Source of the DNA: Thermoleophilia bacterium
GTDB lineage: Bacteria; Actinomycetota; Thermoleophilia; UBA2241
DNA length: 64,000 bases
Direction of reading: 5' to 3'
Assembly: GCA_052139595.1 (NCBI GenBank)
Contig: JBKQWK010000216.1
Coordinates: 327 to 64,326, forward strand
In this document: positions 56,899 to 64,000 of the stretch, in pieces
Numbering within the stretch: position 1 is the stretch's first letter
How the letters are laid out: every line of letters starts with the position of its first letter
Made by a program: the position numbers and the translations under genes
The notes under the pieces: model-generated
Databases searched by the model: none
The model's input: the letters and a program-made list of their open reading frames with translations, nothing else
Told to the model about the DNA's origin: nothing

Positions 56899-57444
56899 TT
56901 GTTTGTCGCGCTCGATCTGCCTGCCACCGTCAAGCAGGAGATCGCCGACTGGCAGCACGATCAGCTCGAGCCGGTCGCTGAGCTGCGTGTCAACCATGCC
57001 TTACACATCACGCTCTGCTTTCTCGGCAGCATGCCGACAGACCAGATCGCGACGGTCGTGACAGCGCTACAGGGAGTGCGCTTCGCCCCGATTACGGCGG
57101 TTTTGGGTAAGCCGCTCTTCTTGCCGCCTCGAGGGACCGCACGCCGCGTCGTCGCTCTGACTGTCAGCGACACGTCTGGGCAGCTGTCGGCCCTGCAGGC
57201 CGCGGTCGCAGCGACGCTCGCCGCTGCCGGCGTGTGGCAGGTGCCCAAACGTCCCTTCGTGGCCCACCTGACGGTCGCCCGTTATCGACATCCCGGGCCG
57301 GCATTGGCCCTGCAAAACGTCAACGTGGCGGAGCTTGGTCTAGCTCAGATGACGCTCTATGATAGCGTTCTGGAGAGGGACGGCGCCGTGCACACTCCCC
57401 TGGCTGTTTTCCCCGCAAGTTACGAGAGGAGCCCACGTGGATAA
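56899..57444 (+). CDS. thpR: RNA 2',3'-cyclic phosphodiesterase (ThpR/LigT, 2H phosphoesterase)
   Basis: [22 protein letters not shown]-terminus and two HxT motifs (HITL, HLTV). Confidence 0.8.
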   Translation: MFVALDLPATVKQEIADWQHDQLEPVAELRVNHALHITLCFLGSMPTDQIATVVTALQGVRFAPITAVLGKPLFLPPRGTARRVVALTVSDTSGQLSALQAAVAATLAAAGVWQVPKRPFVAHLTVARYRHPGPALALQNVNVAELGLAQMTLYDSVLERDGAVHTPLAVFPASYERSPRG

Positions 57445-58492
57445 GAGTAAGGCTCTCGATGCCGCCATGGTCCAGATAGATCGGCAGTTCGGCAAAGGAA
57501 GCATCATGCGCATGGGCGCTCACGCTGCGGCCGGCGACATTCAAGTTGTGCCCACTGGCTCGCTGGCCCTCGATATCGCCCTCGGTGTGGGCGGCATCCC
57601 GCGTGGCCGCGTCGTCGAAATCTTCGGACCGGAGTCTTCCGGTAAGACGACCATGGTCTACCACGCCATCGCCGAGGCTCAGAAGCTCGGCGGCTCCGTT
57701 GCCTTCATCGACGCCGAGCATGCTATGGATCCGCAGTATGCCAAGGCGATCGGCGTCGACATCGACGATTTGCTCGTCTCGCAGCCAGACTACGGTGAGC
57801 AAGCACTCGAGATCGCCGAGATGCTCGTACGCAGCGGCGCCGTCGATATCGTCGCTATCGACTCGGTCGCTGCGCTCACGCCGCGAGCCGAGATTGAGGG
57901 CGAAATGGGCGACAGCTTCGTGGGTCTGCAGGCGCGTCTCATGAGTCAGGCGCTGCGCAAGCTGGCTGGTACGTTGAGCAAATCAGGCACTATCGCGCTC
58001 TTCACGAACCAGTTGCGCGAAAAGATCGGCGTGATGTTTGGCAGCCCCGAGACCACGACCGGCGGCAAGGCTCTCAAGTTCTACGCCACCATCCGGCTCG
58101 ACATCCGTCGTATCGAGACGCTCAAGGATGGCACCGAGGCAATCGGCAATCGCGTGCGGGTCAAGGTCGTCAAGAACAAAGTCGCGCCGCCATTCAAACA
58201 GGCAGAGTTCGACATCATGTACGGCACCGGCATCTCGCGTGAGGGCACCCTGCTCGATCTTGGTGTGGCCTGCGAAGTCGTTCAGAAGAGCGGCGCGTTC
58301 TTCAGCTACAACGACGACCGCCTTGGCCAAGGCCGCGCCAATGCCCGCGTTTTCCTGCGCGAGAACCCCGACATCGCGCTCGCCATCGAAACCCAGATTC
58401 GCGAACGCGCCGGTTTGCCGCCGGCGCCGCAGCGAGTGACAGAGGCAGGCCCGGCAAAAACAGCTGGCGAACCAGTCGCGGTGCGGGAGTAA
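57437..58492 (+). CDS. recA: recombinase RecA
   Basis: [27 protein letters not shown], Walker [10 protein letters not shown]; RBS GAGAGGAG; GTG start. Confidence 0.95.
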   Translation: MDKSKALDAAMVQIDRQFGKGSIMRMGAHAAAGDIQVVPTGSLALDIALGVGGIPRGRVVEIFGPESSGKTTMVYHAIAEAQKLGGSVAFIDAEHAMDPQYAKAIGVDIDDLLVSQPDYGEQALEIAEMLVRSGAVDIVAIDSVAALTPRAEIEGEMGDSFVGLQARLMSQALRKLAGTLSKSGTIALFTNQLREKIGVMFGSPETTTGGKALKFYATIRLDIRRIETLKDGTEAIGNRVRVKVVKNKVAPPFKQAEFDIMYGTGISREGTLLDLGVACEVVQKSGAFFSYNDDRLGQGRANARVFLRENPDIALAIETQIRERAGLPPAPQRVTEAGPAKTAGEPVAVRE

Positions 58493-58519
58493 CTGTCTCG
58501 ATCTGACGACGGGCGCAAG

Positions 58520-59191
58520 ATGAGCGAGTCGGACACGCATGTCGTCAGCGCTTTGCGGGCCACCAAACGCGGCCGCATTGGTCTTCACATCGACGGCGAG
58601 TTCGTGTGCACGATCGGCGAGACACTTGTCGCTCGCCACCACCTGTTCGCCGGCAAAATCATCGACGAAGACCTCTTGGTCCAGCTACGGGACGAAGCGC
58701 TCAGCGACAAGGCGCTGGCCGACGCTTACCGCCTACTCGGCCAGCGCGCTCGATCCCGGCATGAACTCGCTGAGCGCCTCAGCCAAAAGGGCTATGAAGT
58801 ACTGCTTGTCAGCCGCGTCCTGGAAAGTCTTGCCGCTAGCGGGTTGATCGATGACGGCGCCTTTGCACAGGCCTTTGCCGCCGACAAGCGCCGATTTGGC
58901 AGCTGGGGCGACGAACGCATTGCTCGCGAACTCAATCGTCTCGGTGTGCCGGCAGAGTTCATTGCGACGGCGATCGGACCGTCCGACGCGACCAGGGATC
59001 TCGAGCGCGCCGCTGCCGCGCTGCGCAAGTACGGCGCGCCGCGCGGCGAACGCGACGCCGACATGCGCCGCGCCGTGGCCGTTCTGCGGCGGCGCGGCTT
59101 TTCAGCGTCAACCTCATACCGCGCGATGAGACTATGGCTCGACGATCCATCGATTGATGAAGGGCAGGCGGGTGAAGACGCCACCGAGTAA
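58520..59191 (+). CDS. recX: recombination regulator RecX
   Basis: Three-helix repeat architecture and recA-adjacent position; 223 aa. Confidence 0.85.
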   Translation: MSESDTHVVSALRATKRGRIGLHIDGEFVCTIGETLVARHHLFAGKIIDEDLLVQLRDEALSDKALADAYRLLGQRARSRHELAERLSQKGYEVLLVSRVLESLAASGLIDDGAFAQAFAADKRRFGSWGDERIARELNRLGVPAEFIATAIGPSDATRDLERAAAALRKYGAPRGERDADMRRAVAVLRRRGFSASTSYRAMRLWLDDPSIDEGQAGEDATE

Positions 59192-59222
59192 GCACGAAAC
59201 GATGTTCTTCGTCGCCGCTTCG

Positions 59223-59252
59223 TTGACAAATAAACCTGCAAGAACCTACAAT
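59223..59252 (+). promoter_or_regulatory. strong candidate sigma-A promoter TTGACA-18-TACAAT in the recX-rny spacer
   Basis: Consensus -35 at 59223-59228 and near-consensus -10 at 59247-59252, in a region of markedly lower GC. Confidence 0.5.
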
Positions 59253-59463
59253 TAGCCGATGTGACGTGTACGTGAACCTGTTGTACTCGTCTTCGGTTTT
59301 TGCAGCGCATTACATTCCGGCGCGTGGCGCCGAGTGGTTTGAGAACGCGACGAAGGGGTCCCTCGATGATCTGGTGTGAAGGAGCGGCGATCACGTAATA
59401 CGCGTTGACCCCTCGCGTCCGCAAACGAAGCTGTACGTACGAACCGAAGCGAGTCTTGGCTCA

Positions 59464-59490
59464 GGCCGGGCAGGTCGCCCGGCTTTTTTG
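59464..59490 (+). terminator. intrinsic terminator (GCCGGGC-aggtc-GCCCGGC-UUUUUU) 28 nt upstream of the rny start codon
   Basis: Perfect 7-bp GC stem with a 5-nt loop and a T6 tract. Confidence 0.7.
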
Positions 59491-59517
59491 ATGCCGCTGA
59501 CTACGTTAGGGGATGAC

Positions 59518-61047
59518 ATGGAAGTCGTATTGATCGTTCTGGCGCTGCTCGTGGGCGTCGGCGGCGGCTACTTCGGACGCCGCTTCTTCGCGCAGGGTAA
59601 GGTCGCCAGCGCTGAGCGTGAGGCCGAGAAGCTTGTCCGCGACGCACAGCGTGAGGCAGAGACAACGCTGAAGGAGGCCCGCCTTGAGGCCAAGGAAGAG
59701 CTGCAGAAGGTCCGCGCCGAGGTCGAGACTGAGATTCGCGACCGCCGCACCGAGCTGGCCAAGGCCGAGCAACGCATCGTTCAGCGCGAGGAACAGATCG
59801 AGGCTCGTGCTGGCGACCTCGACCGTCGCGATCAGTCGGTGCGCGAGCGCGAGGTGGCCAACCAGCAACTCGCTGACGAACTCACCGCGCTGCACTCCGA
59901 GGAACTGGCTACGCTCGAGCGGCTCAGTGGGCTCACCGCGACGCAGGCCAAGGAGATGCTTCTGAAGCAGTCCGAGGACGATGTTCGCCACGACATGGCA
60001 AAAATGGTTCGCAGCGTCGAGGAGGAGGCACGCCGCGAGGCCGACCGCCGCGCCCGCAACATCCTTTCTCTGAGCATCCAGCGCACGGCGGCCAATCACG
60101 TGGCCGAGACAACCGTCTCCGTTGTTCACTTGCCCTCTGATGATATGAAGGGTCGCATCATCGGTCGCGAAGGACGCAACATCCGCGCCCTGGAGAACAT
60201 CACCGGCATCGATTTCATCATCGACGACACACCGGAAGCGGTCGTCCTCAGCGGTTTCGACGGGGTTCGTCGCGAGATTGCTCGCTTGACGCTGACGAAG
60301 CTGCTTGCCGACGGGCGTATTCACCCGGCACGTGTCGAAGAGATGTACAACCAGGCAAAAGCCGAGATCGACGCAGTCATCGAAGAGGCCGGTGAGCAGG
60401 CTTGCTTCGACACCAACGTTCACGGCGTGGCGCCGGAACTGGTCAGGGTCCTGGGACGCCTCAAGTTCCGCACCAGCTACGGACAGAATGTGCTCAACCA
60501 CTCCATCGAAGTTGCTCACCTGGCGGGGATCATGGCCGCCGAGCTGGGCGCAAACGTGAAGATCGCCAAGCGGGCCGGCTTGCTGCACGACATCGGCAAG
60601 GCGGTCGATCACGAGGTTGACGGGTCGCACGCGCAGATCAGTCAGCAGCTCGCCAAGAAATATCACGAGTCCCAGAGCGTCTGTCACGCCATTGAAGCCC
60701 ACCATAAGGACACCGAGGCACAAACGATCGAGGCCGTCCTCGTGCAGGCCGCCGACGCCATTTCCGCTGCCCGCCCGGGCGCCCGTCGCGAGTCACTCGA
60801 AAACTACGTCAAGCGCCTCGAATCGCTCGAACACATCGCCGAAAGCAAGAAAGGCGTCGAGAAGTGCTATGCCATGCAGGCCGGCCGCGAGGTGCGGGTG
60901 ATGGTCAAGCCGGCTGAGATCGACGACGACCAGACGGCTCTGCTGGCCCGCGAGATTGCCAAGGAGATCGAGGAACAGCTCGACTACCCCGGCCAGATCA
61001 GGGTCACCGTCATTCGCGAGAGTCGCGCTGTCGACTACGCCAAGTAG
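59518..61047 (+). CDS. rny: ribonuclease Y
   Basis: N-terminal TM ([20 protein letters not shown]), coiled coil, KH ([13 protein letters not shown]) and HD ([17 protein letters not shown]...HDIGK). Start set at ATG 59518 after the terminator; the upstream TTG/ATG at 59488/59491 lie inside the terminator U-tract. Confidence 0.9.
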   Translation: MEVVLIVLALLVGVGGGYFGRRFFAQGKVASAEREAEKLVRDAQREAETTLKEARLEAKEELQKVRAEVETEIRDRRTELAKAEQRIVQREEQIEARAGDLDRRDQSVREREVANQQLADELTALHSEELATLERLSGLTATQAKEMLLKQSEDDVRHDMAKMVRSVEEEARREADRRARNILSLSIQRTAANHVAETTVSVVHLPSDDMKGRIIGREGRNIRALENITGIDFIIDDTPEAVVLSGFDGVRREIARLTLTKLLADGRIHPARVEEMYNQAKAEIDAVIEEAGEQACFDTNVHGVAPELVRVLGRLKFRTSYGQNVLNHSIEVAHLAGIMAAELGANVKIAKRAGLLHDIGKAVDHEVDGSHAQISQQLAKKYHESQSVCHAIEAHHKDTEAQTIEAVLVQAADAISAARPGARRESLENYVKRLESLEHIAESKKGVEKCYAMQAGREVRVMVKPAEIDDDQTALLAREIAKEIEEQLDYPGQIRVTVIRESRAVDYAK

Positions 61048-61092
61048 CGGCGATAACGCCGCCGGTATCGGTATCGCGAGAGCGTGACTGCC

Positions 61093-62454
61093 ATGCTGAA
61101 CACGTACTACCTGCGCTCATTTGGCTGCCAGATGAATGCTCATGATGCCGAGCGGATCCGGGCCGCGCTGGAAGCCGAAGGCTTGCAGGCCGTCGAGCGG
61201 CCCGACGACGCTGCAGTTCTCGTGTACAACACCTGCACCGTTCGCCACAGCGCCGATGAGCGGTTTGCCGGTCATGTGAGCACCGCTGCCCGCCTCAAGC
61301 GGGACGACCCCAGCCGCCTGGTGATCGTCAGCGGCTGCCTGCCGCAGGCCGACGGCGAGGCGTTCCTGGCCCGTTTCCCTCACGTCGATGTGGCGCTGGG
61401 GCCGCAGAACCTGCACCGTCTCGCCGACGAGCTGCACAATCGGCTCGCCGATCGGCGCGGTGATGGGGAAGAGGCTTCGGCGATGACTGCCGCAACGAGC
61501 GCCCGAGGCGGATTCTTTACCGACGGGCCACACTTGAGCGCCGAGCTGTCGGCGCACCGCGAACGACCGTTTCAAGCCTGGGTTCAGGCCATGTCGGGCT
61601 GCACCAACTTCTGCAGTTACTGCATCGTGCCGTATGTGCGCGGGCCCGAGCGTAGTCGACCGTTGCCCGACATCGTCGCTGAGGTGCGCACGCTGGTCGC
61701 CGACGGCGTGCGCGAAGTGACGCTGTTGGGTCAGAACGTCAACGCTTATGGTCGTGATCTGGCGGTGGCAGAACGTCAGAGCTTTGCGCAGCTGCTGACC
61801 GCCGTCGACGCCGTGCCGGGGCTAGCGCGTACCCGGTTCATGACGTCGCACCCGAAGGACATGAGCGACGCGATGATCAACGCGCTGGCCACACTGTCGA
61901 GCGTCTGCGAGCACGTCCATCTGCCCGCACAAGCGGGCAGCGACCGCGTGCTCGCGGCAATGCGTCGCGGCTACACGGCACAGCAGTACCTCGATCGTGT
62001 CACCGCTCTGCGGGCGGCGGTGCCGGCAGTGAGTATCACCAGCGACTTGATCGCCGGCTTTCCCGGCGAAACTGAAGAAGACTTCAGCCAGACGCTCGAG
62101 TTGGTGAGGGCAGCCGGTTTTGACTCCGCCTTCACCTTCGTTTACTCGCCGCGCACGGGTACCGCGGCAGCGGCATTGCCAGGGCAAGTTGACGACGACG
62201 TCAAGCGGGACCGCGTGGAGCGACTGGTCGAACTGACCCAGAAGCAGGCTCACCAGCGCCGGCAGAATCTCGTCGGCCTCACGGTCGAAGTACTCGTCGA
62301 GGGCGAGGCTCGCCAGCCCGGCAGACAGCGCGGGCGCACACGCCAGAACGTGACCGTCAATCTGAACGGACAGGCGCGCCCCGGTGCGATAGTCTCTGTA
62401 CATATAACGGCTGCTACGTCGACGACGCTACAAGGGCAGGTTGCCGACGCGTGA
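61093..62454 (+). CDS. miaB: tRNA-2-methylthio-N6-dimethylallyladenosine synthase MiaB
   Basis: YYLRSFGCQMNAHDAERI MTTase N-domain, radical SAM CTNFCSYC, TRAM C-terminus. Confidence 0.88.
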   Translation: MLNTYYLRSFGCQMNAHDAERIRAALEAEGLQAVERPDDAAVLVYNTCTVRHSADERFAGHVSTAARLKRDDPSRLVIVSGCLPQADGEAFLARFPHVDVALGPQNLHRLADELHNRLADRRGDGEEASAMTAATSARGGFFTDGPHLSAELSAHRERPFQAWVQAMSGCTNFCSYCIVPYVRGPERSRPLPDIVAEVRTLVADGVREVTLLGQNVNAYGRDLAVAERQSFAQLLTAVDAVPGLARTRFMTSHPKDMSDAMINALATLSSVCEHVHLPAQAGSDRVLAAMRRGYTAQQYLDRVTALRAAVPAVSITSDLIAGFPGETEEDFSQTLELVRAAGFDSAFTFVYSPRTGTAAAALPGQVDDDVKRDRVERLVELTQKQAHQRRQNLVGLTVEVLVEGEARQPGRQRGRTRQNVTVNLNGQARPGAIVSVHITAATSTTLQGQVADA

Positions 62455-62473
62455 ATCAAGCCAGGAGGCCACC

Positions 62474-63253
62474 ATGCGTGGATGTGTGTGCCCGCACCCG
62501 CCCCTGCTCGTACCGCAGATCGGTGGGGCTGCTCTCACTGCAGTACAGAGTACCGTGACGGCAATGCGTGAACTCGCCGCTGTCGTTGGTGAACCGGAGA
62601 CGATTGTCATCATTTCACCGCACACCCCGAGCCTCGGCTCCCAGTACACCATCAAGACGGCCACCCAGCTTAGTGGCAACTTTGCTGCCTTCGGCCACGA
62701 CGAGGTCGGGCGCGAGATCGCCAACGATGGCGAATTGACCGCCGCCCTGTTGGCGGCGGCGGCGGCGAGCAACATACCGCTCGTACCGACCAACAGCCCT
62801 GTTCTCGATCACGGCGTGCTTGTGCCTCTGCACTTCTTGCGCGCTCGTCACCTCGTCTCGCTGTCGGTCATGGCCGACTATGGCGCTCACGTCGCTCTGG
62901 GTGACCTGGTGCGTCGCTGCGTGGCCGAACTCGGTCGCGACGTTCTCTTTGTCGCCTCTGGCGACATGTCACATCGACTGACGCCCGACGGTCCGTATGG
63001 CTACGACGCCCGGGGACCGCAGTTCGACCGCCGCGTCGTCGAGTTGCTGGCACAGGGCGACTTCGCCGGTTTGCTCGCCATCGACGCCGACCTGCGGCGC
63101 GGGGCGGGTGAATGCGGCCTGCGTTCGCTCGTCACGCTCGGTGCCTACTTGGGCGCCGACGCCGGTCGCGAGCCGCACGTGTACAGCTATGAAGGACCGT
63201 ACGGCATCGGCTATCTGGTTGCCGGCTTTGGGCTCTCGCAGCAGGCGGTCTGA
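62474..63253 (+). CDS. Memo-like / LigB-superfamily (class III extradiol dioxygenase fold) protein, probable AmmeMemoRadiSam system protein B
   Basis: MRGCVCPHPPLLVPQIGG... sits directly upstream of an AMMECR1 gene; RBS CCAGGAGG. The Memo H-x-G-Y-x-Y-SG signature is not evident, so family placement is tentative. Confidence 0.5.
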   Translation: MRGCVCPHPPLLVPQIGGAALTAVQSTVTAMRELAAVVGEPETIVIISPHTPSLGSQYTIKTATQLSGNFAAFGHDEVGREIANDGELTAALLAAAAASNIPLVPTNSPVLDHGVLVPLHFLRARHLVSLSVMADYGAHVALGDLVRRCVAELGRDVLFVASGDMSHRLTPDGPYGYDARGPQFDRRVVELLAQGDFAGLLAIDADLRRGAGECGLRSLVTLGAYLGADAGREPHVYSYEGPYGIGYLVAGFGLSQQAV

Positions 63254-63258
63254 CCGCC

Positions 63259-63897
63259 ATGCGCGGCGAAGATCAAGAGACTGACGGCGGCGAGCGCCAG
63301 CAGGGCGGTTTCGCCGGCATGAGCCAGCAGCCGGGTCCTGCCGACTACGCCCGCGCCTGTGTCGAAAACATCGTGCTCGGCCGACCGGCGCCGCAGGCAC
63401 CGACCGGCTCGCCGTTTACCGCACGCGGCGCCTGCTTTGTCACTATCAAGTCACACGGGAACCTGCGCGGCTGCATTGGCACACTGACACCGATACAGCC
63501 GGATCTCGGCCGCGAGATCGCTCACAACGCCAACGCAGCCGCCAACGACGACCCGCGCTTTGCCCCCGTCAGCGCGGCTGAGCTGGCAGCGTTGACCTAT
63601 TCGGTAGACGTCTTGAGCGCGCCACAGCCCTGCCGGCGCACCGATCTCGACCCACGTCGGTATGGCGTCATCGTCACTGCCGGCTGGCATCGCGGTGTGC
63701 TGCTGCCAGGCCTGGAAGGCGTCGATGACGTTGCCCGACAGCTGGCCATCGTTTTGCAGAAAGCCGGTATTGACAGCGAGGAATCGGCGACACTGGAGCG
63801 CTTTACCGTACGCCGCTACCGCGAGGGGGATACGCGTGGCCGAGACGTGGGCAAAGCCGATAAAGGCAGTGGAACCGGTGGCGGGGCAGAGGGTTGA
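63259..63897 (+). CDS. AMMECR1 domain protein (AmmeMemoRadiSam system protein A)
   Basis: GACFVTIKSHGNLRGCIGTL (conserved RGCIG) and HRGVLLPGL. Confidence 0.8.
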   Translation: MRGEDQETDGGERQQGGFAGMSQQPGPADYARACVENIVLGRPAPQAPTGSPFTARGACFVTIKSHGNLRGCIGTLTPIQPDLGREIAHNANAAANDDPRFAPVSAAELAALTYSVDVLSAPQPCRRTDLDPRRYGVIVTAGWHRGVLLPGLEGVDDVARQLAIVLQKAGIDSEESATLERFTVRRYREGDTRGRDVGKADKGSGTGGGAEG

Positions 63898-64000
63898 CGC
63901 GCCTGCGCGAGCAGAGCGAGGTTGACGCTGACCAGACGCATCCGCCTCTGATCGTCCTCTTCGGTCCCACGGGCCTGGGCAAGACCGACGTCGCTGTTTG
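63894..64000 (+). CDS. miaA: tRNA dimethylallyltransferase MiaA, 5' fragment (3'-truncated by the window edge)
   Basis: PPLIVLFGPTGLGKTDVAV P-loop typical of the MiaA N-terminus; TTG start overlaps the AMMECR1 stop. Confidence 0.6.
   Translation, partial: MTRLREQSEVDADQTHPPLIVLFGPTGLGKTDVAV

Noticed and set aside
56842-57436. LexA/SOS box upstream of recA (Cheo-box CGAACnnnnGTTCG or actinobacterial TCGAAC-N4-GTTCGA).
   Set aside because: No GAAC...GTTC palindrome was found upstream of thpR, recA or cinA. recA appears co-transcribed with upstream genes; the SOS operator, if any, is elsewhere or is non-canonical.
59488-59517. The longer rny start (TTG 59488 / ATG 59491) given by the ORF track.
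   Set aside because: These codons lie inside the terminator U-tract and the hairpin's 3' arm, and the conserved TM N-terminus begins at ATG 59518, which has its own RBS (AGGGGATGA).
1-64000. CRISPR arrays, tandem repeats, IS elements/transposases, integrases, and tRNA or rRNA genes.
   Set aside because: No direct-repeat arrays, no transposase or integrase-like ORFs, and no tRNA-like sequence (for example the GGTTCGAATCC T-arm) were seen in the intergenic regions. The window is syntenic core genome.

Overview
This is a high-GC (~68%) bacterial chromosomal core region with 64 protein-coding calls, of which 61 lie on the + strand and are densely packed, often overlapping, in a few long operons. 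No mobile elements, CRISPR arrays, tRNA or rRNA genes were seen. Gene content is housekeeping: riboflavin synthesis (ribD' ribE ribBA ribH), rpmB, the Asp23/DAK2/DegV/recG block, a multidomain DHH-CBS-CCA enzyme, the division cluster (pgeF yggS sepF proC yggT divIVA yggU lspA rluD), a complete pyr operon with a PyrR attenuator (pyrR pyrB pyrC carA carB pyrK pyrD), mihF-gmk-rpoZ-coaBC, htpX/lemA, the rimP-nusA-ylxR-infB-rbfA-nrnA-truB-ribF-rpsO-pnp block, dapB/dapA, a GGDEF protein, RNase J, ftsK, a RodZ-like gene, yajQ, rimO, a YgbA-like gene, pgsA, cinA, thpR, recA-recX, RNase Y, miaB, a Memo-like/AMMECR1 pair and the start of miaA. Lineage markers are mixed: an actinobacterial-type mIHF occurs together with Firmicute-like RNase Y, RNase J and YloU/YloV. 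The most notable observations follow. (1) gmk, rimO and an M16 peptidase all lack a canonical start codon, and each sits in frame directly after the upstream gene's stop; rimO has a well-spaced SD before a CUG. (2) A YgbA-family gene carries an internal stretch that reads correctly only in the alternate frame. (3) A low-GC 300-nt region with a strong promoter and an intrinsic terminator lies immediately upstream of rny. (4) The AMMECR1/Memo-like pair is embedded between miaB and miaA with no dedicated radical-SAM partner. Several promoters, terminators and palindromes are also readable directly from the sequence.
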